A DNA stretch of 64,000 bases from Eledone cirrhosa. Lineage: Eukaryota. Of the stretch, positions 16,129-27,305 are shown in pieces (position 1 is the first letter of the stretch; each line of letters begins with the position of its first letter). Where the stretch lies: NCBI GenBank assembly GCA_964016885.1, contig OZ024745.1:54932001-54996000 (forward strand), given 5' to 3'. The position numbers and the translations under genes are program-made. Under the pieces are notes generated by a model. It worked only from the letters and a program-made list of their open reading frames with translations. It ran no database searches and was not told the DNA's origin.

Positions 16129-16475
16129 AAACTCTAGAGACAGATGGATATATTAACACAGAAAATTTCTTTCAAAGAGATCCATTTCCTAAAATAAATA
16201 TTCTCCATCGAGTTCGTTTGCCCGGTAACAGGAAATACGATACGACCCCTATTTCCTTTAAATTACACTCTACGGTCTCAAAAGAGACTTTTATATAAAA
16301 AATATATTTGCGATATCATAACTAAAAAAAGTAGAAAATACTATAATTATGCATGCACCTAGAACGCATTCACTGATATATTTTGACTCAGTCTATCTTA
16401 TAGGGTTTTATTTGAAACTATAGGTGTAAAATAAATATTCTGTTCATTTCTTTTTTTATGTTTTTTCACTGGTCA

Positions 16476-17030
16476 CTTTAACTTAATTGTTTAAGCGTCA
16501 GTCATACAAAAGTGAGTTACAAACGAAACGAAATTTAATTTCGTTTCGTTATTTGTTTTTATCGTCTCCGTTGAACCGGTACTTACTCACACTCTATGCA
16601 AATTAGTCTGCCCACTACTAATTATCATAGAAAAAGCATATAACGATATGTGCTTTTACGATTCTCTAGAGAGGCCGGAAGATAGGTAAATATTGCTGAT
16701 GAGTTGTAACAACAACGAAACTAGTTCAATATTCCTTGTCTGGCTTTCTGGAGAATAGAGGAAAGGTGTTTCCTCAAAAACCAGTATGACTCTAAAAACC
16801 GGTTTGTCTGTGTGTTTACATACAGAATAGCTGGCCACTCACAGTAAAGTGACCAGTGAAAAAACTTGGTACATCTACATATGTATACGTGTGTGTATTC
16901 ATATACATACTAGTATTTCAGTATACATATATGGATGTACATCTTTAACTTAATTGTTTAAGCGTCAGTCATACAAAAGTGAGTTACAAACGAAACGAAA
17001 TTTAATTTCGTTTCGTTATTTGTTTTTATA
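16476..17030 (+). mobile_element. ~467-bp non-coding unit plus ~85-bp terminal direct repeat, with octamer and hammerhead (retrozyme/pLTR-like)
   Basis: 16476-16562 repeated at 16943-17029; hairpin aacgaaacgaaatttaatttcgtttcgtt; ATGCAAAT at 16596-16603; hammerhead at 16689-16733. Confidence 0.8.
16689..16733 (+). ncRNA. Minimal type I hammerhead ribozyme, fully canonical
   Basis: aatattg CTGATGA gttgt-aaca-acaac GAAA ctag TT caatatt: 7-bp helix I, 5-bp helix II, palindromic helix III, GUU cleavage triplet. Confidence 0.9.
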
Positions 17031-17437
17031 TATATATATATATATATATATCATGTCTCACTCGTTTCACCCTATTTTACTTGTCCCAATAACTTTATTT
17101 GTTATTGCTCGCACTAACTAGAGGTACATTATTTTTAAAGCGATGAAATACCAATGAAAGTTGGAAGATCACTGATGAAGGACTAATTTTATTCATATAT
17201 AGCCTATGCGCAGCGCTCCATTTTTCTCATATATATATATGTATATATATACAATACATAAACAGACAAAGCCTTAAGCGATATCCCGACCAACTCCATC
17301 TCACTCAACAAACATTAGGATATACTTAAGTATTATCCCAATTTAGTGTTTGGGGTGCTAACTAACTTATCAGTATTTCGTGAAAAATTGGTTGTATTAT
17401 TTTATATGAGACATTATTAAATAAATATCTCTTTCCT

Positions 17438-17561
17438 TCCAGACGGCCGTTTCGTTATAAGATTTCTACAATTTGGGATAAATAAGTTCCAGGTTATGTA
17501 GAAACTTGTATATAATCCGTAGTTTTATACACAAGCGGGCTCTTATAAACTCATCAGTGGA
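17438..17561 (-). ncRNA. Type I hammerhead with ~97-nt branched stem II
   Basis: Minus: tcca CTGATGA gtttataaga...[two hairpins]...tcttataac GAAA cggccg TC tgga. Confidence 0.8.
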
Positions 17562-17614
17562 TGCCCAAATTAATATCGATATAAGAATTATATTGACATT
17601 AATAGAATGGTGAT

Positions 17615-17690
<76 letters not shown>

Positions 17691-17803
17691 TATATATATA
17701 AAATATATATATGTATGTATATATATATATATATGTATATATATATAAATGTAAGTATGTATGTACACGTACATACATATATGTATACAGATGTACAGTA
17801 GCA

Positions 17804-17871
<68 letters not shown>

Positions 17872-18020
17872 CAGGTACACATATATATATGTACGTATCA
17901 GTTTAGCGAACGTTTATTATAACGTTCGCTTTGTCCGTTTGTAAACAAACGGACAGCCTGATTTATGCCGTACGGTGTTAAGGCAACCACGTCACCTTTT
18001 TGTTCAACACTGACACAGGA

Positions 18021-18062
18021 ACGATGTACTAGTTTCAAGCTTGTTAGCTATCGTCAGCTCAG
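18021..18062 (-). ncRNA. Hammerhead motif with intact core but damaged helix I
   Basis: Minus: ctgag CTGACGA tagctaacaagctt GAAA ctag TA catcgt. Confidence 0.6.
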
Positions 18063-18479
18063 TATACCCTTCTGCCAGATGGTTGAACGGTCGAAAGTAT
18101 ATAGTTTCCTTATGAAAATTAACGGCTGAGCAGCCCAATTTGCATATCGAGTGAGTTCAGTCAGCCAGGCGCACCAAAAACGATAAATTGGAATAGAATG
18201 AAACGAAATTTAATTTCTCACTCTTAGTACGACACTTACTTAAATGTAAGTATATATGTACACGTACATACATATATGTATACATACGTACAGTAGCATG
18301 CATATATATATATATATATATATATACAGACAGGCACACATATATATATGTACGTATCAATTTAGCGAACGTTTATTATAACGTTCGCTTTGTCCGTTTG
18401 TAAACAAACGGACACCCTGATTTGTGCCGTATGGTGTTAAGGCAACCACGTCACCTTTTTGTTCAACACTGACACAGGA

Positions 18480-18522
18480 ACGATGTACTAGTTTCAAGCT
18501 TGTTAGCTATCGTCAGCACCGT
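18480..18522 (-). ncRNA. Minimal type I hammerhead ribozyme
   Basis: Minus: acggtg CTGACGA t-agc-taacaa-gct-t GAAA ctag TA catcgt. Confidence 0.85.
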
Positions 18523-18641
18523 ATACCCTTCTGCCAGATGGTTGAACGTTCGAAAGTATATACTTTCCTTATGAAAATTAACGGCTGAGCAGCCTAATTT
18601 GCATATCGAGTGAGTTCAGTCGGCCAGGCGCACCGATAACG

Positions 18642-18824
18642 ATAAATTGGAATAGAATGAAACGAAATTTAATTTCTCACTCTTAGTACGGCACTTACTT
18701 AAATGTAAGTATGTATGTACACGTCTGTATACATATATGTATGTACGTGTACATACATACTTACATTTAAGTAAGTGCCGTACTAAGAGTGAGAAATTAA
18801 ATTTCGTTTCATTCTATTCCAATT

Positions 18825-18827
<3 letters not shown>
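18642..18827. repeat. Perfect 83-bp inverted repeat (20-bp spacer) capping the tandem dimer
   Basis: 18642-18724 is the reverse complement of 18745-18827; followed by (TA)n. Confidence 0.9.
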
Positions 18828-18886
<59 letters not shown>

Positions 18887-18887
18887 T

Positions 18888-19048
18888 ATAACAAAGGAAT
18901 TGTGGTAAGGAACCAGATGGACCATAACGCACCAGAGTAATCAATACTTAGGGTAGTAGAGTGGGAAATAGGAAAAAGTATGACCCCGACAGAGTCCAGA
19001 AATAGCAGTCGAAACGGCTTGAGCTCTGCCGTCGGGGTCATACATTTT

Positions 19049-19050
<2 letters not shown>
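18888..19050 (+). mobile_element. Solo pLTR-like fragment of the Penelope-like family at 57372-59535, with hammerhead-like 3' half
   Basis: Reverse-complement match to 59400-59535; GAAAcggc-ttgagctct-gccgTC flanked by gtatgacccc/ggggtcatac. Confidence 0.7.
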
Positions 19051-19087
<37 letters not shown>

Positions 19088-19115
19088 ATATATATATATA
19101 CATATATATACATAT

Positions 19116-20496
19116 TGTCGTAGAACACTGGAAGGTACTATCCGTAGTGGTCGAGCACTCAGTCCATGGGACGAAGATTCCCGGACTTCCACGCGGGAAT
19201 ATACCGCGACGGTGGACTGACTTTATCGAGCCATAAAAGTGGTCACGACTTCGACCGGTTTAAAAAAGACTTAGCATCTACCTTCAATGAGTTAAGACTT
19301 AGAATAACAGTAGCTACCAACCTCTCTAGCCTTAGACATTAATTTAGACCTTCGCGCACACACCTACAGACACTTCCATAAGCTTAACGAAGACTCAATT
19401 ACATTCACAATGACAGATGCCACCCTCCCACTGTTTTTAGAAACTTCGTAATTAATATCTGTACTAGAATCTCAAACCTCTCTTCTAATAAGGCTATCAT
19501 AAACAGAGCGCCACACGGCGTTAGCTAACAGCGGCTTCTCGCAACCTATCACTTACTCTCCCACTAACAACAATAGCAATAAGAAAACAAAGCGTAACAA
19601 TAGACGAACTATCCGGTTCCCTACTCTCTTCTCATTTAACGTTAAAACCAATGTATGCAAAAAATATCTAGCCCTCTTAGATAGACACTTTTCCATAGGT
19701 CAAATATACCGCTCCATCTTTAACCGACACAAAGTAAAATTAGGATACTCATGCGCTAAGAACATGAAGGCCCACATCACCAACAGCCCTAAGAGCAACA
19801 CCCCACCAGGATGCTCTTGCCGTAAGCTCGAAGCTTGTCCCCTTCAACAGCAATGCAACACACCCGCTGTAGTTTATGAAGCTGTGGTCACTTCCAACCG
19901 CCAAATCAACCACAGGAGGTCAAATCCTATGTGGGTATGGCGGAGACCGATTTAAGGAAAGCTTCCTGAACCACCAGTCGACCTTTAGGTACCCGGACAG
20001 ACGTTCATCCAGGAAACTCGCGAGCCTCGTATGGTGGCTCAAGAACTCAAGTATAGACTACTCCATTTAATAGAAAGCCATCACTAAGTCCAAGCCATAC
20101 GCAAAGGTAAATCCGTCGTGTGGACTATGTATTGATGAACGAATAAATATTCTAAAGAGATTACGCAATAGCGATTGCCTACGCTCAATAATTGAATTCT
20201 TCACACGTTGTCACGACATCTGGAAACACCTCTTACATAACTACAAAGCTCCGATTGAATTCAACAACATCCTAATTTTTCTTATCAACTAGAAACTTTC
20301 GGACTTTCGCAGTTATCTCCCTTACACCTCTCGCACGCAATTTAGTATTGCCTGAGGGAAATGACCGTTTCTGCGCGTGCGCGTTCGTACGGTTGTCCTT
20401 CCTGTTCCGTATAACCATGTCCATTACGAGCTGAGGATCCGCTAAGGTGAAACAATTGTTCTCGGTATGGTGAACTAACTGTTGTGTAACCACTTC
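19116..20496 (+). mobile_element. 5'-truncated, frameshifted Penelope-like element (Naiad-type RT end, linker, GIY-YIG, 3' pLTR)
   Basis: Manual translation: GIYRDGGL (19196-19219, cf. GLYRDDGL), LDINLDL, YIH...HPP, FNRHKVKLGYSC, CSC...CPL...C..PAVVYEAVV, SYVGMAET, CGLCIDE...FFTRC; hammerhead in 3' UTR; (TA)n flanks. Confidence 0.9.
20427..20464 (+). ncRNA. Minimal type I hammerhead in Penelope pLTR
   Basis: cgag CTGAGGA t-cc-gctaa-gg-t GAAA caattg TT ctcg. Confidence 0.75.
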
Positions 20497-23457
20497 TATA
20501 TATACATATATATACACACATACACACACAAACACACACATATATATATGTATATATATCATATAGATATAGATATATAATATTAACATTTGGTTAGCTT
20601 TCAAATTAAAAACTGTAACGATAATTGACAGTGAAGTAGAGTTAAAGCTAAAATTCAACCTAACTGGAAAGACATAACATTTATCCCGCATAAGATATGT
20701 GATAAAATGGCTAAAACAACGTGAGTTGAAAAATTTTCCCCGTAGATTCAATCATAGAGAACTAAAATTAAAATAATTACACTAGAAGACGATCTACGAA
20801 CACGCGCATCGAAGCATAGAGTAAATATGCTCAATGGTTTAATCAATAGATTGATCGCTGTTGCTATCATATACCGAAATACCGTTATCGTATCAACTTC
20901 GTCATCGAGGCATTATACTGTTCTGAAAAGACTTGTACATCGTTATAGCAGATACCTTTCGGTTTGCAAATAGTACAAAACTCACAAATAGTAAATGAAT
21001 GTATGCACAAGATTGTAGGAACCGCTATATAAGATTATTGAGCAACATGTCTACATTTCTGATGTAACCTCTAGTGATTTCCACTTTTCTTCATATTGGA
21101 GCCTCTGTAATTGGATGTAACGACAATGAAGTGAAGGACATAGTTTATCATTGATTAGTTTCGTGATGTGGACAGTATATTCTATACCGAGTGTCTTGAG
21201 AAAAACCAATATTGAATTGGTAAATATATGTTGACAGAGGAGAGAATTACAGAAGAAATCTCTATTCATGAACTCAAAACCATTATTTTATCGCTTACTA
21301 GGTTTACATTTTAACGGCAAATACAACGCTACTATATCTTAGAAAAAGAAAGTAAACCAAGAATACAGAAGTAAATTACTGACTTTATCGAATTGACAGG
21401 AATAAAAAATAAATCTTGCAAAAGTGGAATTTGAGCTCAGCAACATGATGCAACTTAGCTGCATTTCTGCCATTTTCATTTCTGTAACATACAACGCTTT
21501 TTTTTCTTTGTTTTCTGATTTCTGAAAACAATCTGATTAGTATATTTCTAATTAAAGATAAATTCCTGTAAATTAAATCAGACTATATAGAATTGAGAAA
21601 CTCGAGTGAATATGGAATTTGATTTGAAGTCTATATGTTAGGATTTCGAATATGCGGTTGGGCTTTTGTTGTGTTTAAGCATAAATCACGCCATTTCATA
21701 TAAATTCATATCATCTAGGTTTTTATAATTTGAAAATAGATATTCAACGTAAAAAAATCTCACTTATTTAACGGAAATTACTCATACTATGCAATAATTT
21801 GGCAACAATATTAGACATCTGATTTCGTCCCCTAGGAATGTCAGGTCCCACATCACGTTATTATGCTAGGTCACCTCTGTGGGTATTATTAAGAGAGAAA
21901 GTTATTATTAAGACAATGATACAGCCACAAACCCTGCAAAAGAATGAATATGGGTAAATACTCATTTTGAGCTGTTAAACAGATCGACGTGTATCAAGTA
22001 AAAACCGCAACGCATAAAATAATTTATATCATTCGCCGTTCAGACTTTTACTATCTTAGATTAGTAATTCACTCTATAGCGACTGGAAAATGGAAGTCAA
22101 AATTGAGCTCTTTGGGATTTGAACACAGTATGCAGAGAACTGGAACAACCATATGAAGTTATTTTGACAAGTCTTCGCGGGGTTAGAATCTTTTTACTAA
22201 GAGCAATTTACTTTAACCTGAGCTGAGGTAACTACATATAACATATTAATTAGCTGAAACTTCAGGCAACTTTGGTATCTCGATTAAAGCAATTTCCTAT
22301 CAAGTTCAACGTTACAAAATCATACAAACCGTAACTATACATTTGAATAGCACGAAGTAAACCCAAGCTAACCACACAATAAGAAAGCAGTCTGTTTCTG
22401 AGCGCTTGATCGTTTATATATAACAGCCAAATCGGTTTCAGATCACACCTTCATTTGGTAGGAAATAAATAAAAATAATATGAATTGGAAACAAAATACA
22501 TGGAAATTATTTAACTATCATAGCCGCGAAGCATTTGATAGTATGTCTGCTAGAGGAGTACCAACTTATAGACATAAGCCTACAGTAACGCAACAAATCC
22601 AGGGTAATCAAAATGTGAACTCCTTTGTATCAAGGTCTACTAAAACAGTGCTGATCTTAAATACCGATAACAGCTTAGCTGATCGATAATCTAAATATAT
22701 AATGGATTAATGCTCAGAGAAACCAGACAATATATATACATTACACATCACTTCTCATACTTTATTCTAAGAGTTATCATTCTAATAGCACTGCCTGAAA
22801 TATCAAATATGTCACATTGTGAACACTTTCTATTATTTGTTGAGGTATACTATCCTATCTGCGCTACTGCCTCACTTCCAATATATTTTGTTAGTCAGTT
22901 GCTATATATTTATATTAGTCTTCCAAGCCTGCAATATAATGAATTAAAAATCATTGATTTACAATGTTCATGCATTAAAAAGGGTAAATCGTATTCCAAA
23001 TGTGTTTTAAATCTAAAAAGAAAACAAAAGTGAAAAGAAAACTCTAACCAAATGATTTAATGCTGATAATATATTCATATCAATTTTGTTTTCGAAAACT
23101 GAAGACTGTGATTATGCGAGTGAATCGTCTCCGTAAAGTTAGATTGTGAATCATTATATGTCCCTATATGCATCATTTTCTTTTACTGTAGAATATCTTC
23201 GCTGCCTTTATCTGAGGCATTTTCCTTGATTGTTGTTAGGTTGAAACAGAGCTGTGGGATACAGTTCTACTAATTGCATGGATAATCTTGATTAATTAAA
23301 GATTATAATGTTTCTATTTACAAATCGGAGATTCTACTTTATGATAGATTTGTTTACTATGCGAAAAACCAGAGTTTCATCCCATTCAGAATGACAAAGA
23401 TCCATGCAGGTGTAGATTACTTTGCTTTTCAGTTAATATTATATTTATTGTCTTTAT

Positions 23458-23642
23458 GGGTGGTGGATTGGCAGTATCGCTAGAGAGTCGTACACCATGT
23501 TTTCCAGCATTGTTACGTCCCTTTACGATCTGATTTCAAATCCCGCCGAGGTTAACTTTGCGTTTCATCCTTACAGGGTCGATAAAATAAAGTACCAGTA
23601 ATGTACTGGGTAATTGCTGGCCTTGTGCCAAATGTAGAAACA
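23458..23642 (+). mobile_element. Full-length tRNA-derived SINE with 20-bp target-site duplication
   Basis: A-box-like tggcagtatcgc, B-box-like atttcaaatcc; TSD attatatttattgtctttat at 23438-23457 and 23643-23662. Confidence 0.85.
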
Positions 23643-25876
23643 ATTATATTTATTGTCTTTATTTCATGACTAATCAAGGTACTTTAAACCAACGTATTAG
23701 TCGTTAAATTCTATAGTTTTTTTGTTTTTGCTACTTACGCACTAAATGCTCCTATAGTATTCGATTTAACAAAAGAGCCTTTAAAGTGTAGATTAATATG
23801 CCAGAAACGATAGCAAAATCTTCATAAATTCATATGTTTTAAAAAAAGAATGAGATGTTTGATATTGTAGAGTTAAATTCACTAAAAAGGCATCGCATAT
23901 TCCTGATTCATATGCATTCGATTATAGAACTACTCTGTGGATGTCCGCCCAGGAATATAGAATAACAAAAATCAGTCATCCTCATCGAAAAAACTTGGGA
24001 TTCTCTAAAAATTACTCTATCCCTAAGAAAGATGTCAATTGTACCTTGTGTCAAACCATGACCTCTTACAAAAGAAGCCCTATATATACTATGACTGAGA
24101 AGTTTGATTAATCATGACTAACCAATATTTAAACAGCAGCAACATTCCATATGACTGCTACCGTTTACAGTGGCTTGATTCTATCAATTTACTCTATGAT
24201 TTTCTTGGAGTATGATATATTACACTAACACGAAATAGCAGATTCACATAAATGGGCACACGAACACTAGATTAGTAGTTACTTTGTTAACGTATAATAG
24301 GCCATATGACATTTACCGACACATGATGATTTAAAATGAAAATATTTTCACCGATCTTGAAACCTATTCGACGCCTCCGTTTACCTGTATTATTGTGTTT
24401 AACATATGACCGGCGCAACTTGAAAGTGTGCTAATAATACTATTACTTATTTGCATGATCTGCTTTCAATTTAGACATTTCACATTCAATATCACTTTGA
24501 ATTTCTAGAAATTGAAAACGAACATACATCCTTTTCTCGATTCACCTCACTGCAATAAATTCCAAACAATTATTATTTGTGTGAATTAATTTATCTTTAG
24601 GAAGAGTAGGGCTATGCTTTACAGGAGAGATTTAATAAAATCTGTAACATGTCTGGAGGTTTAACTCAACTGCTAAGGATGAGCTACATTCAAAGATGCA
24701 TTTCATGATTAATTAGATTTAATAAGTTAATATCGCGAAGTTATCATCCATGCGTTAATGGACAAGTCATCCACAAGTTAATGGTTTGATTTTATTATTC
24801 ATAGTTTGCATTTCTTAATACATGGAGCAAAGAAGCCTACACTAAATATACAATTTTCTTCCAGCAGGTGGTCCTTATGGCTTTCGTTTATTATAATATT
24901 CCGTATATCGACCCAGCAGCTGCTATATAAAGATAGCAATACCGGAAAGTGTTGACGCATTCTATTAATATACAAATATTATATACGAAATACATTACAT
25001 GAGTGTTGTGGATTTTTTAATGTGCCTTTAGTGTTTTATTTTTCATAACTGTATAAGCTAAATGTCTGCATAACAATATAAATCTCATGTCAAAGTCGAA
25101 ATTCTTTGTAGATATTCTCTCTCTCCGTGCTCTTCTTTCTTTCTTCCTTTCATTTTTCTTATTTCCCTTGTCCAATCTCTCCCCTTACTCAGGATGTTTT
25201 TGAACACTAGTTATTGTTGGTGAAGGAAATTCTTGTAAACTATACAGTATGGTCATGGTGTTTAGCAGTTACGAGTACACTTGTCCCAAGCAAATCCATT
25301 GTGCGGATGGCCATATTCTTCTATGTAAATTGACTTATTTTTGAAGAAAGGCTTCAGTCAATTTTAAGTCTAATCAACATAGCAAGGAGCAATATTATTC
25401 CGGGGATACGTTACGAACCTCCGAAGTATTTTCTGTCAAAATCGCTGAAACTCGCTGAAACCTTTGGACCGAAATTGCAAGAGGGTTCCGATATATTCAA
25501 GTTTCAATTAATGTTCACACAATCTTAATGAGACAATATATTAATTAGTGTGCTTCACGTGGTAAACAGCTATGATTTAGAAAATCGCAAATCTACAGTA
25601 GCTAAATAGTTGCGGCAAATTTCAAAAGCTGCTTCTTAATTTTAGATGGGCGAAGAGATGTTAGATTGCTTCGAATATTATTCTATATTTTATATTTTAC
25701 TACTTTCATTCAGTTGACTGAAGGCATGATTATATATTTTCAGAGAGACAGAGATCAATACACATCCATACACACACAGACACGAACACACACAACCAAG
25801 CACTCGCACATATACACTCCATGGACTGAGTCCTCTATCACTACGGATATTACCTTACAGTGTTCTACCTCTCTCA

Positions 25877-25909
<33 letters not shown>

Positions 25910-27081
25910 CATATATATATACACATATATGGGTGTGTCTTTGTGTGTGGGTGTGAGTGTGTGTGTGAATGTGTGTGTACATATATATATATATAGATTG
26001 TCTCGTGATATTATTTCACTCAGAAGGAATTATTCATCGAAGCGGAACTAGAGTAGAGTGCACTTTCCCAAATTTCAACTCGTGAGAATCAAACGTAACG
26101 ACACAGATTCTAAGACATGGCCATGACAACGATTATTTACTTATTATATATATATAAAACTGAGGTCATGTATCTTTTAAGACGGAGTCTGCTACTCTAG
26201 CTATGGCATTTGTCATGCATTTAGTGTTGGCTATACGTAAATGTTGTGATTACATTGGGCATTAAAGAACAGTTGCCCGATTAACTCATTCAAGACGATA
26301 ATGGACACATGAAATCACACATCTTTTCTATTAATATAGGAAACACAGAATAGGTAGTACATATTCGTTAGAATCTCTTTATATGCAGTTGTTAGTGCAA
26401 CGTAATAGAAACTTTTAGAATCCAGGAGTTTCTATGACCTAGATAATACAACCGACAGTGAATAAATGATGTATATATATAATTATTTTTCAAAGCGGAT
26501 ATACTTGAAACTATTTCTCGCCCAAAATTCCTGATATATATGGAGAAATGGCTTTAGTAATATTAACTAATATAACATTCGATAGTTGCATACTAGCTAA
26601 ATCGAATATAAATGTGGACATACATTTCAATGAAAGAGAATTTAAAAGTCCTTGCCAATCACACGTTGCGCTGCCGCTGGTAGAATATATGAATATAAAC
26701 ATATATTGTTTAGCCAAAAGATTTGGCAAACCAACCGCATATCTCTTCAAACAGTATTTAAAAAAAACTACTATGGAATTGTGACCTATAAATAACTATG
26801 AAAGATTGTTTTTGCACCGAACAGTCCCTTCCCAATATTATTAAAAATACATGCAAACAATCATACAAAGAGAAGCAAGAACACATTCAACTCGTGGAAG
26901 TCGATAACATAAATATGTCTATCAAATTTCGTTAAGAAATTGTATAAACATCCATGCGTAGCAATAGATAAACCCAATCAATAACTGACAACCTGCACTT
27001 ATTAGTACACAACTCATCCTTCTCTCTTTCTCTCTTTCCTTCTGACTCTCCTACACACGAATATACCCTAACACACTCATA

Positions 27082-27131
<50 letters not shown>

Positions 27132-27230
27132 AATTAGTAACATACTTATGTGTATATGTGTGTGCCTACATATATGTTTGAACATACATTATGCGTATAT
27201 ATTTAAAAACAATTACACACACACACACAG

Positions 27231-27305
<75 letters not shown>

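Larger units (their letters stand above)
17750..18724 (-). mobile_element. Head-to-tail dimer (period 459 bp) of the octamer+hammerhead repeat
   Basis: 17890-18260 repeats at 18349-18720; hammerhead cores at 18022-18057 and 18481-18516; ATTTGCAT at 18138-18145 and 18597-18604. Confidence 0.85.

Noticed and set aside
19116-20496. Possible selenocysteine recoding as described for some Naiad elements
   Set aside because: No in-frame TGA at conserved Cys positions seen; disruptions are frameshifts and TAA/TAG.
24860-24935. Acceptor-like pyrimidine tract and TATA-like gctatataaag
   Set aside because: Such motifs are expected by chance in AT-rich DNA; no supporting gene structure.
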